This document shows positions 33,402 through 43,008 of a DNA stretch of 52,087 nucleotides, piece by piece (the stretch's first letter is position 1; every line of letters begins with the position of its first letter). The position numbers and the translations under genes are program-made. Origin of the DNA: Limnohabitans sp. (GTDB lineage: Bacteria; Pseudomonadota; Gammaproteobacteria; Burkholderiales; Burkholderiaceae_C); the NCBI GenBank assembly GCA_009693225.1, contig SHXP01000001.1, positions 1-52,087 on the forward strand. The letters run 5' to 3'. The notes beneath the pieces were generated by a model. The model had not been told where the DNA came from. It did not search any database and worked only from the letters and a program-made list of their open reading frames with translations.

Positions 33402-34821
33402 ATGATGCCCCTGTGTGTTGCGCGGCCAAGCGGCTGATCCTCGCGGATGCCATGGCCATGGTGCTGCGCAAATCTTCGTGGGCGGCTTCGATACTGTTCA
33501 ACGACAGTTGATTCAGTGCCAGTGATACCAGTTCTTCAATCTGCAACTGCCGGTCCAAGTCGCCGATGCGCTCGCCGCGGCTGACGCTGCTCACACCGAC
33601 ATGGCCTTCGGTCAACAGCTGAATCAATGACCAGGGCTGGGTGGCTTCGTCAAGTTTGCTCACCATCAGGCTCTGCCACTGAATCTGCGGCGTAGACAAG
33701 AGGCGACGCAACAAAGACTGAGAGGCATCTGCGGGCATGACCAGATGGAACTGGGCGGCCTGCGCGACAGCGGCGATTTCCGCCACCCGCTCTGCCATTT
33801 GAACGCCGGGGGTATCAATGACGATACATTTGCGCTGACCGTGTTCCTCCAGCAGCAGTTTCAACATGGTGATATTGGTGGCGCGGAAACAATCCACGCC
33901 TGACTGTGCGCTGAGCAACTGCGTCTGGTTCCAGGCACCGACTCGCTGGTCGCTGAAACTGATGACCGCCACCTGTTCGCTGCCCAGCGAAGCGCTGGCC
34001 CGCTGCGCCATGCGCGCGACCATCAGGGATTTGCCTGAACCGGAAGGACCGGCCAGCACATGGATGCCGCTGTCAGCCACTGCCACATGGGTTTGCTGCA
34101 TGGAGTGACTCAACTGGCGGCGGATTTCCTCCAGCGCCGGTTCAACTTCCTCGAAACTCTGGATGCTGTCAATCAGCAAGGCCCGCAAGGCCATGGGGAT
34201 AGCTGCTTCCTGCAAAGCATTGCGCAGCGGATGCAGATTGCGGGAAATACCGGCACCCTGCCAGGCCATTTGCTGGCTGAGTTTGAATTCCTTGCGCAGT
34301 ACGGACAGCTCTTCGCGAACCATTGCCACAATTTCACGTCCGCGTTGCTTGTCGCGCTCTTCCTGGGCAGCCAGCAGTTTTTCTGCAGCCGTGTTGTCGA
34401 TCACGGCGGCGGGTGCTGACAGTGGTTCCTGCGCAGGTCCGGCAACAGCTTCAAGTGTTTTCTCTTCCACGGCCTTGGTTTTCAAACTGGCGGCAGGCAC
34501 AAAACCTTCACTCATCGACGCCTTGGGCGTTTTGCCGCCGCGTTTTTGGCGGGTCATGGTGTCGTCAAGCACCTGACCGAAGCTCGCCGGTGTCTCTTCC
34601 AACACAGGGGTATCGGGCAAGGCATAGGTTTTGTCTGTGGGCACAAAGGCCTCGGCGACAGCGGTTTCCGCGTTTAGGGGCGCCAGGTCCACGGCCACAA
34701 TCAATTCAGTCTGACCACGCACTTTGCTGCTGGAGATGACGAGCACGTCGGGGCCGAACATCGCCACCGCTTTTTCGTTGGCGGCCCGGGTATCGCGCGC
34801 AAGAATTCGTTTGAGTTCCAT
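33394..34821 (-). CDS. flhF: SRP-type GTPase FlhF (divergent G motifs)
   Basis: MELKRILARD...AV..FGPDVLVISS N-terminus; GPSGSGKS, DTPG, SKLDE; lies between flhA and flhG. Confidence 0.85.
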   Translation of the reverse strand: MELKRILARDTRAANEKAVAMFGPDVLVISSSKVRGQTELIVAVDLAPLNAETAVAEAFVPTDKTYALPDTPVLEETPASFGQVLDDTMTRQKRGGKTPKASMSEGFVPAASLKTKAVEEKTLEAVAGPAQEPLSAPAAVIDNTAAEKLLAAQEERDKQRGREIVAMVREELSVLRKEFKLSQQMAWQGAGISRNLHPLRNALQEAAIPMALRALLIDSIQSFEEVEPALEEIRRQLSHSMQQTHVAVADSGIHVLAGPSGSGKSLMVARMAQRASASLGSEQVAVISFSDQRVGAWNQTQLLSAQSGVDCFRATNITMLKLLLEEHGQRKCIVIDTPGVQMAERVAEIAAVAQAAQFHLVMPADASQSLLRRLLSTPQIQWQSLMVSKLDEATQPWSLIQLLTEGHVGVSSVSRGERIGDLDRQLQIEELVSLALNQLSLNSIEAAHEDLRSTMAMASARISRLAAQHTGASYE

Positions 34822-34857
34822 GTTGTTTCTCGCAGGTCAGTGTTTTACTTATGTCAA

Positions 34858-36960
34858 TCAATTACGGTTCATGGCGTTCACGGTGTGAATCACCTTGACA
34901 GCCTGATCATCCGGGATTTCGCTGTAGGACAGCACGGTCAAATCATTCACGCGGAAGCGCACTGCTTTGGACAGCCAGCCACGGATCAAAGGCGACACCA
35001 CCAGCACGGCGGCGTGTCCTTCTTCTTCCATGTCGTGAGCCGCCTGGCGCAGCGAATTGAACAGGTTTTCCGCCAGATTCGGCTCTAGCACCACCGGCTG
35101 GCCGGGCTGGCTTTGCTGCAACACGTTGTGCAGCAGTTGTTCGAGACCGGGTTCCAAGGTCATGACCGACAGGTTGCTGGATTCATCAACCAGCGCCTGC
35201 ATGATCATTCGGCCGAGTTTGGGGCGCACCGAAGCGGCAAGTTGTTCGGGGTCGGTGCTGCGTGCGGAGGCCTCAGTCAGGGTTTCAACAATGGAGCGCA
35301 TATCGCGTATCGACACACCTTCACCAAGTAACTGTTGTAACACGCGGGTGACCACACCCAGGCTGAGTTTGCCCGGAACCAGTTCTTCCACCAGTTTGGG
35401 CGATTTGGCCGACAACTTGTCAAGCAACTGCTGAGCTTCGTCGTGGCTCAACAGATCTGCCGAGTTTTCGCGCAGCACTTTGTTCAAATGGGTGGCAATC
35501 GCCGTGCTTGCATCGACCACGGTGTAACCGAGGGTGCGCGCCACATCGCGTTGCGAGGGTTCGATCCACACCGCTTCCAGGCCAAAAGCAGGTTCGCGCG
35601 TAGGCGTACCCTGCAATTCACCGTAGACCTGGCCGGGGTTGATCGCGAGTTCGCGGCCGACCTTGATCTCGCCCTTGCCGCGCACCACGCCTTTGAGAAC
35701 GATGTTGTAGCTGTCTGGGTCAATGTTCAAGTCGTCACGGATACGCACAGGCTGCACCAGAAAACCGAGTTCGGCAGACAGTTTTTTGCGCACGCCTTTG
35801 ACGCGGCTCATGAGTTCGCCGCCTGTGTCCGGGTTGACCAGGGGAATCAGGCCGTAGCCGATTTCTAGACCGATCAAATCAACCTGGTCCACATCGTCCC
35901 AGTCCAGATCTTTGGTGGCTTCAGAGGTGGCAGCTGCCTGGGCCACAGCTTCCTGGGTGGCTTCTTCTTCCACTTCGTTTTTCACCACCAGCAAACCCAG
36001 ACCGGCTGTCGCTGCAGCCAGGGTGATGAACATCAAATGCGGCATGCCGGGCACCAGTCCCAGCATGGTCAGAATGATGGCCGAAATAAACATGGCCGAA
36101 GGATTGGCCAACTGTGCGCTGGCCTGTTCGGAAATCGATTCAGTGGTGGTGACGCGGGTCACGATGATGGCAGTGGCCAGTGACAACAGCAAGGACGGGA
36201 TCTGTGCCACCAGGCCGTCACCGATTGTGAGCAAGGTATATATCTTGCCGGCTTCGGACACTGACAAACCGTGCTGTAACACTCCAATAGTCAGGCCGCC
36301 GATCAGGTTGATCAACAGAATCAGCAAACCGGCGATGGCGTCGCCGCTGACAAATTTGGAGGCACCGTCCATGGCACCGAAGAAGTCAGACTCTTGAGCC
36401 AGTTCTTCACGGCGTTTTTTGGCGGTGGCCTGATCGATCACACCGGCGTTCAAGTCGGCATCAATAGACATTTGTTTACCGGGCATGGCATCCAATGTAA
36501 AACGTGCATTCACTTCAGAGACGCGTCCGGCACCCTTGGTCACCACGATGAAGTTGATGATCATCAAAATCGTAAAAATGATAAATCCAACTACGTAGTT
36601 ACCGGCAATAACAAATTCACCAAACGCTGACACCACTTTACCCGCTGCGTCATGGCCGGTATGACCCTCCACCAGGATGATCCGGGTGGAAGCCACGTTC
36701 AAAGCCAGCCTCAACATGGTGGCAAACAGCAGCACTGTGGGAAAGGACGAGAAATCCAGCGGTTTGCGGGTGCTGATGGAGATCATGATGATCACCAGGC
36801 TGATGACAATATTGAAAGTGAACAAAAAGTCCAATAAAAGTGCAGGCAAAGGGATCACCAGCATGGCCATGATCACTAACACCAGGACGGGAATACCCAG
36901 ACCGGCAAGATCAAACTTTGCCAAGTTCTGTCGAATCGTTGACAGGCTCAAGGTGCTCAT
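34858..36960 (-). CDS. flhA: Export gate protein FlhA
   Basis: RFTLDAMPGKQMSIDADL; FFGAMDGASKFV; LTIGDGLVAQIPSLL. Confidence 0.98.
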   Translation of the reverse strand: MSTLSLSTIRQNLAKFDLAGLGIPVLVLVIMAMLVIPLPALLLDFLFTFNIVISLVIIMISISTRKPLDFSSFPTVLLFATMLRLALNVASTRIILVEGHTGHDAAGKVVSAFGEFVIAGNYVVGFIIFTILMIINFIVVTKGAGRVSEVNARFTLDAMPGKQMSIDADLNAGVIDQATAKKRREELAQESDFFGAMDGASKFVSGDAIAGLLILLINLIGGLTIGVLQHGLSVSEAGKIYTLLTIGDGLVAQIPSLLLSLATAIIVTRVTTTESISEQASAQLANPSAMFISAIILTMLGLVPGMPHLMFITLAAATAGLGLLVVKNEVEEEATQEAVAQAAATSEATKDLDWDDVDQVDLIGLEIGYGLIPLVNPDTGGELMSRVKGVRKKLSAELGFLVQPVRIRDDLNIDPDSYNIVLKGVVRGKGEIKVGRELAINPGQVYGELQGTPTREPAFGLEAVWIEPSQRDVARTLGYTVVDASTAIATHLNKVLRENSADLLSHDEAQQLLDKLSAKSPKLVEELVPGKLSLGVVTRVLQQLLGEGVSIRDMRSIVETLTEASARSTDPEQLAASVRPKLGRMIMQALVDESSNLSVMTLEPGLEQLLHNVLQQSQPGQPVVLEPNLAENLFNSLRQAAHDMEEEGHAAVLVVSPLIRGWLSKAVRFRVNDLTVLSYSEIPDDQAVKVIHTVNAMNRN

Positions 36961-37035
36961 TGTGACTTTTCTCTTGTTTTTTGAAGCGTTAAGAATTCAA
37001 TTTCGGAGCGCTTTTCAGTGCAGACAGACTGATCA

Positions 37036-37051
37036 AGCAATGGATGTGCCA
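37036..37051 (-). promoter_or_regulatory. sigma54 promoter of flhA-flhF-flhG-fliA
   Basis: Minus strand TGGCAC-ATCCA-TTGCT, a perfect -24/-12 match. Confidence 0.92.
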
Positions 37052-37099
37052 GCCTCTCTAGATGCCATCGCCCTGCCGGTCCGGCGGGCTTGAAGCCGC

Positions 37100-37134
37100 C
37101 GGAACAAGCTTCCTGTACCGGCAAGCCATTTCCA
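37100..37134. promoter_or_regulatory. Paired enhancer-like palindromes between flhA and fliK
   Basis: CGGAAC-aagc-TTCCTG and CGGCAA-gcca-TTTCCA. The latter shares the 12-mer AATGGCTTGCCG (reverse strand) with the flgB site. Confidence 0.6.
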
Positions 37135-37186
37135 GTCACGGTTCTTGCATATTGACTGGCATCTTTTAGGAAAACACTGAACGGAT

Positions 37187-38929
37187 ATGAACTTATCTGC
37201 ATTGAACAAGCTTGGGGCCAACGGCCCGGGCATCAACCATACTGAGGCTTCGTCGCCTGACAACGCCTTGTCACGCCTGTCTTCTTCGGCATTAAGCGGT
37301 GCCGATTTCGCCAGTTTTTTGCATAACCAGATACAGGCATTGAAACAACCGCAGCGGCAACATCTTGCCGGCGATCAAGCCAAATTGCCGCCGGCCCCGG
37401 CCGAGCGCTCCGCCCATTCCAGCGACAGGCACAACCCGCAGATGCGCGCCAAAACTGCGCAACGCGACAACATGCAAGAAGCCGGCCGTAGCAAGTCGAC
37501 TCAGGACAACGACGCTGCTGCCAAGCTCACGCAAGAATATCTTCAGCCATTAAATAACAGCGGAGATCACACCGAGCTGTCTGATCAAACTGCCGGCGGC
37601 GATGAGGAGTTGGCACAAGACAAGCAGGCCAGAGAATCGGATACAGACACATCACCAAGCAACGCGCCGGCACAGCCCGGGCAAAAGACGCTTGCATCTG
37701 CAACCAGCATGGCAGCCGCGGAACTGAAGCCGGCCGAGCAATCCGGCACAGCTGATAAGCAAGAGAGTGATATCACCCCGGCCAAGTCGACGCCGGACCT
37801 GTCCGGCCAGCCAGGTGCCCTGACCACGATTGCGCTGAGCGACAATCTGCAAATCATCACAACCGCGCAAACCGCGCCCAGTGAAAAAAGCGTGGCCGAC
37901 TTTGCGCTGGCCATGGGCCTGGAGCCCGGGCAGGTCAAAGAACTGTTCGGCAGTTCCAGCGCCGCCGCCAGCACCAGCGCCAACATGAAAACCGGGCTGT
38001 CGACCAAAGACATGCTCGGTATCAACGCCATGCCTTCTTACACACCACCGCAACCGGCTGTTGTCAGCGGCCCGGACAGCCAAAGCGCCGGCATGCAGCC
38101 GCTTGTACTGAACAAACCCGTCAGCAGCGCCGACTTCCAGGCTTTGCAAAAAACAAGCCCTGCCACAGACGCTAAACCGGGCGCTGACTGGCTGGCCAAG
38201 CTGGACAATTTGCAGGTTCAAACAGGCGCTCTGCAAATCCAGCAAACAGCCATTGCGCCGCCGCCGAGCACCTTGTCGGTCCTGTCCATGTTGGATGCGC
38301 AATTGCGCACCGAAGACATTGAAAGCCTGAAACAAGAGTTCGACGCGATCCAAGCCGCCCCCGCAGCCGATGTATCCGGCGAGAACCTGCCCGCCCCGAT
38401 GGCTCAGCCGGGTCAGCGCAACGGCCACCCTGCGACCACGCCGGCAGCGCCGGTGTTTGCCAATAACCCTGACTTGGCGCAGACTTACGAGAATTTGAGC
38501 CGCAAACTCACGACCGAGTTGGCGGCCCGCATGCATGAAAAGCTCAACGCTGGCGAATGGACCATGAAATTCGCCTTGAAACCGGCCAGTCTCGGCCTGG
38601 TGGGTGTTCAGCTGGAAATGCGCAACGGCAAACTGACGGCCCAATTCCAATCCGATACCGCGCTGACCCAGGGCTTGATACAGAACGGCAGCCAGCGTCT
38701 GAAAGACGCTTTGGCCGATCTGGGCATGAACAACGCATCGGTGCTGGTCGGCCAGGGCCAAAGCCAGTCTGCCGGTCAATCCGGTCAGAACAATCCGCAA
38801 GGCCAAACCGGCTTACCGGAAAAAAGAGAAGAAAATCGTGCGAAACTGACGGAAGAATCTGGCCCGAAAATTGCGCAGGGTTTGGTATCCGGGCGCAGCA
38901 AGCGTTCACAATTTGACAGTTACGCCTGA
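37187..38929 (+). CDS. fliK: Hook-length control protein FliK (580 aa)
   Basis: Long low-complexity Ala/Gln/Ser/Pro region; C-terminal LKPASLGLVGVQLEM...LTAQF...RLKDALADLGM; precedes fliLMN. Confidence 0.88.
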   Translation: MNLSALNKLGANGPGINHTEASSPDNALSRLSSSALSGADFASFLHNQIQALKQPQRQHLAGDQAKLPPAPAERSAHSSDRHNPQMRAKTAQRDNMQEAGRSKSTQDNDAAAKLTQEYLQPLNNSGDHTELSDQTAGGDEELAQDKQARESDTDTSPSNAPAQPGQKTLASATSMAAAELKPAEQSGTADKQESDITPAKSTPDLSGQPGALTTIALSDNLQIITTAQTAPSEKSVADFALAMGLEPGQVKELFGSSSAAASTSANMKTGLSTKDMLGINAMPSYTPPQPAVVSGPDSQSAGMQPLVLNKPVSSADFQALQKTSPATDAKPGADWLAKLDNLQVQTGALQIQQTAIAPPPSTLSVLSMLDAQLRTEDIESLKQEFDAIQAAPAADVSGENLPAPMAQPGQRNGHPATTPAAPVFANNPDLAQTYENLSRKLTTELAARMHEKLNAGEWTMKFALKPASLGLVGVQLEMRNGKLTAQFQSDTALTQGLIQNGSQRLKDALADLGMNNASVLVGQGQSQSAGQSGQNNPQGQTGLPEKREENRAKLTEESGPKIAQGLVSGRSKRSQFDSYA

Positions 38930-38954
38930 CATTTGAGATTTAGAGGAGTATTTC

Positions 38955-39542
38955 ATGGCAACAGCAGCACCCGAAGCAGCACCTGAAGAAGGCGCAGAAG
39001 CGCCTAAAAAGAAAAAGCCGATTCTGTTAATTTTCGGTATTGTCGTTTTGGCGATTGTTTTGATGGTTGGCGTCGCTTTCGGCACTTTGTATTTCTCAGG
39101 CTACTACGAGAAAAAGGCCGAATTGGCTGCCATGGACAAACTCGAGGAGCTCGAAGCCGCGGCCACCAAGGCAAAGGACGAGGCGCCTGCCAAACTGAAA
39201 AAGGAAGCGCCCGAAGCCACTCGCTTCGAGAAAAATTACTTCCAGATCGAAAAAGAGCTGATGACCAACATCACCGGCTCGAAAAAAGTCATGGTGGTGC
39301 AACTCGCTGTGATGACGCACTACGACTCACGCGTGTTTGACAACATCAAAAAGCACGAATTCGCTTTGCGCTCGGCCATGCTGGACTTGATGCGCCAGTC
39401 CACTGAGGCTGAAGCCAGCAAGCCGGAATTCCGCAAGGAAATGGCGATCAAACTCAAAGACATCATGAACGCATTGCTCGAAGAGTACGAAGACTTCGGC
39501 GGCATTGAAGAAGTCATGTTCACTTCCTTTGTGATGCAGTAA
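38955..39542 (+). CDS. fliL: Basal-body associated protein FliL
   Basis: KKKKP followed by a TM helix; C-terminal IEEVMFTSFVMQ. Confidence 0.93.
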   Translation: MATAAPEAAPEEGAEAPKKKKPILLIFGIVVLAIVLMVGVAFGTLYFSGYYEKKAELAAMDKLEELEAAATKAKDEAPAKLKKEAPEATRFEKNYFQIEKELMTNITGSKKVMVVQLAVMTHYDSRVFDNIKKHEFALRSAMLDLMRQSTEAEASKPEFRKEMAIKLKDIMNALLEEYEDFGGIEEVMFTSFVMQ

Positions 39543-39548
39543 AGGCCC

Positions 39549-40547
39549 ATGGCAACACGTCAAAATTTACTCAGTCCGGAAGAACTGTCCGCCCTGTCAG
39601 AAGGGCTGAAAGACGGCTCGCTGGAATCGGACACCGGTTTCAATACCGGGATGCGGGTGCGCAAGCACGACCTGGCCAGCGAGAACAGCAGCCTGGGCGT
39701 GAATGTGTCGTCGATCGACATGATCAACGAGCGCTTCATCCGCATGTTCCGCCTGGGTTTGCTGGAAGTGTTGCGCACCACGCCGCGAGTCAATCCCACG
39801 CGCGTGCAGATCATGAAGTTCGGCGACTACGTCGGCATGCTCAAGCCGCCTTTGTCGGTCAATACCATCCGCATCAACCCGATGCGCGGCAACTCGGTGA
39901 TCATGATCGACCCGAACGTGGTGTTCAGCTCGCTCGACAGTTTTTTCGGCGGATTCGGCAAAGGTGTTTCCGATCTGCCGCCCGGGCGCCTGTTCACGGC
40001 GACTGAAAACCGCATCATTCACATCATTCTTGAAGTCTTTTTCCGCTCGCTCAAGGAAGCCTGGGGGCCGGTGCTGGAAATCGACTGTGAGCAGGTCAGC
40101 TCGGAAATCAACCCGCAATTCGCGCAGATTGCCGACGAAAACGACCTGGTCGTGCTCAGCCGTTTTGAAGCCGAAGCGACTGCCTCGGGCGGACGCGGTT
40201 TCATCGATCTGGTCTACCCGTATGCCACGCTCAAACCCATGCGCGACCTGTTGCGCAGCCGGGTGGCTTCCGGCGACGGCAACGAAGAATCCGACAAGAT
40301 CTGGCGCGAGGACCTGGCCGTGGCGGTCGGCGACTCCGAACTCGATGTACGCGTGGTGATGGGACAGATCAAAACCACCTTGCGCCATTTGCAAACCATG
40401 AAGGAAGGCGACATGCTGTTCTTCAAGAAACCCGAGCTCGCGCACTTCATGGCCAATGGCGTGCCGTCCTTCGGGGTCAACATCGGAACTCGCGGCTCGA
40501 ATGTGGCGGTACGCATTGAGAAACAACTGATCCCCGGACACAATTAA
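39549..40547 (+). CDS. fliM: Motor switch protein FliM
   Basis: MINERFIR; FFGGFG...RLFTATE; SEINPQFAQI; YPYATLKP. Confidence 0.95.
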   Translation: MATRQNLLSPEELSALSEGLKDGSLESDTGFNTGMRVRKHDLASENSSLGVNVSSIDMINERFIRMFRLGLLEVLRTTPRVNPTRVQIMKFGDYVGMLKPPLSVNTIRINPMRGNSVIMIDPNVVFSSLDSFFGGFGKGVSDLPPGRLFTATENRIIHIILEVFFRSLKEAWGPVLEIDCEQVSSEINPQFAQIADENDLVVLSRFEAEATASGGRGFIDLVYPYATLKPMRDLLRSRVASGDGNEESDKIWREDLAVAVGDSELDVRVVMGQIKTTLRHLQTMKEGDMLFFKKPELAHFMANGVPSFGVNIGTRGSNVAVRIEKQLIPGHN

Positions 40548-40564
40548 CAAGGCAGGATGACACC

Positions 40565-40915
40565 ATGAATGACACCACCAACGAGACACCGGAGTTGAAC
40601 CCCGAAGACGATACACTTTCGCCGACGGCTGAAGAGTTTCAGGTTTCCCAGCCCGGCAACATCAATCCTGAGGTGCTGCAAAACATTTCAGTGAACCTGT
40701 CGATTGAATTGGGCCGCACCAATATCAAGATCAAGGACCTGATGCGCCTGACCCAGGGCAGCGTGGTTGAACTCGATCGCATTGCCGGTGAACCGCTGGA
40801 CCTGCTGGTCAACGACACCGTGGTCGCACAAGGCGAGGTGGTGCTGGTCAATGACCGCTACGGTATTCGCCTCACCCGTGTGGTGCCTTCGACCGACCGT
40901 TTGAAATCGCTCTGA
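40565..40915 (+). CDS. fliN: Motor switch protein FliN
   Basis: LSIELGRT.IKIKDLMRLTQGSVVELDRIAGEPLDLLVN...GEVVLVNDRYGIR. Confidence 0.97.
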   Translation: MNDTTNETPELNPEDDTLSPTAEEFQVSQPGNINPEVLQNISVNLSIELGRTNIKIKDLMRLTQGSVVELDRIAGEPLDLLVNDTVVAQGEVVLVNDRYGIRLTRVVPSTDRLKSL

Positions 40916-41006
40916 TCGCTGATGAATACAGCCGGTGACGCTTTTTAAAACAGGGCCGGATACCAAAGACTTTGAATAAAAGATCTGTGGCCTCAGTACC
41001 CGTTTT

Positions 41007-42344
41007 CTATGCTGACAACACCACTTCGCCGCGCAGCGAATGCGGCAAGGCACAGGTGATGCGCACATCGATCATCTGACGCGTCAGACGGGCTGACTGC
41101 GGTCCGCCGTCAAAATTGACGATGCGGTTGCATTCGGTGCGACCCATCAATTCGGCGGCGCTTTTGCGCGACGGCCCTTCCACCAGAATGCGTTGCACCG
41201 TACCCAGACGGCTGTCGCTGATGCTCCTGACGTTGTCTTCGACCGTCGCCTGCAAATGCTGTAAGCGGCGCAACTTCACTTCGTGCGGCGTGTCGTCAGC
41301 CAGATTGGCCGCCGGTGTGCCCGGGCGCGGGCTGAATATAAAACTGAACGAGGCATCAAAACCGATGTCGGTGATCAACTTCATCAGCTTGCCAAAGTCT
41401 TCCTCGGTCTCGCCGGGAAAGCCGACGATGAAATCCGAACTCATTGCCATGTCAGGACGTACCGCGCGCAGCTTGCGGATGGTGCTTTTGTATTCCATGG
41501 CGGTGTAACCGCGCTTCATGGCCATGAGTATGCGGTCGCTGCCGTGCTGCACCGGCAGATGCAAATGGCTGACAAGTTGCGGCACCTTGGCATACACATC
41601 GACAAGCCGCTGGGTGAATTCGTTCGGATGGCTGGTGGTGTAGCGGATGCGCTCGACACCGGGAATCTCGGCGATGTATTCGATCAACAAGGCAAAGTCT
41701 GCTATCTCCGCTGTCCCGCCCATGCTGCCCCGGTAGGCATTCACGTTCTGGCCGAGCAAGGTGATTTCTTTCACGCCCTGGGCACACAAACCCGCCACTT
41801 CAGTAAGCACATCATCCAAAGGTCGGTTGATTTCTTCGCCGCGTGTGTAAGGCACAACGCAATAACTGCAATATTTGGAGCAACCTTCCATGATGGAGAC
41901 AAAAGCCGAGGCACCTTCGACCCGCGCCGGGGGCAAGTGGTCGAACTTTTCAATCTCGGGAAAGCTGATGTCGACCTGCGGCTTGTTCAAAGCTTTGCGC
42001 TGGTTCAGCAACTCGGGCAAGCGGTGCAGGGTTTGCGGGCCGAACACCACATCGACATAGGGTGCGCGCGCGATGATGGCCTCGCCCTCCTGGCTGGCGA
42101 CGCAACCGCCGACGGCAATCTGCACGCCTTTTTTCTTCAGGTGCCGCACGCGGCCCAGATCGGAAAACACTTTTTCCTGGGCTTTTTCGCGCACCGAACA
42201 GGTGTTGAAAACCACCAGATCAGCCTGGTCTATGTCTTGGGTTTGTTCGTAGCCCTGGGCGGCGCCGAGGACGTCGGCCATCTTGTCCGAGTCGTACTCG
42301 TTCATCTGGCAGCCGAAGGTTTTGATAAAGACTTTGCGGCTCAC
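41007..42344 (-). CDS. miaB: tRNA methylthiotransferase MiaB
   Basis: [21 protein letters not shown], radical SAM motif [10 protein letters not shown]-terminal TRAM domain. Confidence 0.98.
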   Translation of the reverse strand: MSRKVFIKTFGCQMNEYDSDKMADVLGAAQGYEQTQDIDQADLVVFNTCSVREKAQEKVFSDLGRVRHLKKKGVQIAVGGCVASQEGEAIIARAPYVDVVFGPQTLHRLPELLNQRKALNKPQVDISFPEIEKFDHLPPARVEGASAFVSIMEGCSKYCSYCVVPYTRGEEINRPLDDVLTEVAGLCAQGVKEITLLGQNVNAYRGSMGGTAEIADFALLIEYIAEIPGVERIRYTTSHPNEFTQRLVDVYAKVPQLVSHLHLPVQHGSDRILMAMKRGYTAMEYKSTIRKLRAVRPDMAMSSDFIVGFPGETEEDFGKLMKLITDIGFDASFSFIFSPRPGTPAANLADDTPHEVKLRRLQHLQATVEDNVRSISDSRLGTVQRILVEGPSRKSAAELMGRTECNRIVNFDGGPQSARLTRQMIDVRITCALPHSLRGEVVLSA

Positions 42345-42441
42345 GGCAAGGTCCTTTGAATGATGCAGCGGGTCATGGTGTAGATCCAGAGGCTGTGAAA
42401 GGAGAACGCATTGTATCGGCTGCCTTCTTTATGATGTGCAC

Positions 42442-42825
42442 ATGCAAGCTTTCAAACGCACTGTTTTATTCACTGACACCGATGGACGCGCTCGCTTTCG
42501 CGAGGAAGACATAAGCCTGGACCAGGGCACGCCGGCGTCACGCCTGAGCGAACTGCTGCCAGCACATGGCCTGCAACTGCGCCGCAGTCCTGCGGGATTT
42601 CAAAGCAGCTTTCACGTCACCACCAGTCCGCAATGGGTGTTCATTCTGCAAGGCCAAATGGAAATCGGTTTGCAGGACGGCAGCACGCGTCTGTTCACAG
42701 CCGGACAGCATTTTTTCTCTGCCGATGTGTTGCCGCATGGTGCAGTGTTCGATGAAAAATGGCACGGTCACTGCAGCCGTCAGGTGGGTAACGAGGAATT
42801 GGTGACAGCGTTTGTGCGCGCCTGA
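42442..42825 (+). CDS. Cupin-fold protein
   Basis: FH.T..PQWVFILQGQMEIGL.DG..R.F.AG...F..D...GH pattern of small cupins. Confidence 0.75.
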   Translation: MQAFKRTVLFTDTDGRARFREEDISLDQGTPASRLSELLPAHGLQLRRSPAGFQSSFHVTTSPQWVFILQGQMEIGLQDGSTRLFTAGQHFFSADVLPHGAVFDEKWHGHCSRQVGNEELVTAFVRA

Positions 42826-42912
42826 ATACATTACAGCGCAGAATTTTTTCATGCCGGCCAGACGAATTAGTTTGTAAATTAACCGGAAAGAATCTATTTG
42901 CAGCGGATTGGC

Positions 42913-42940
42913 TAAAGAGACCGCCGCAACAAGCCGATAC
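42913..42940 (+). promoter_or_regulatory. Putative sigma28 promoter of the carbonic anhydrase gene
   Basis: TAAA(G)-N16-GCCGATAC: both boxes near consensus, spacer one base long. Confidence 0.6.
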
Positions 42941-43008
42941 CATCGCATATCTTGGTGTCCATCGTGTATGCGCGCCGCCTCTCCCTGTCCTTTTCATTCA
43001 GAGCAGTC

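Noticed and set aside
40916-41006. Possible att site or island boundary next to miaB
   Set aside because: No tRNA, integrase, transposase or convincing direct repeat; the short AAAGACTTTG match to the miaB 5' end is likely chance.
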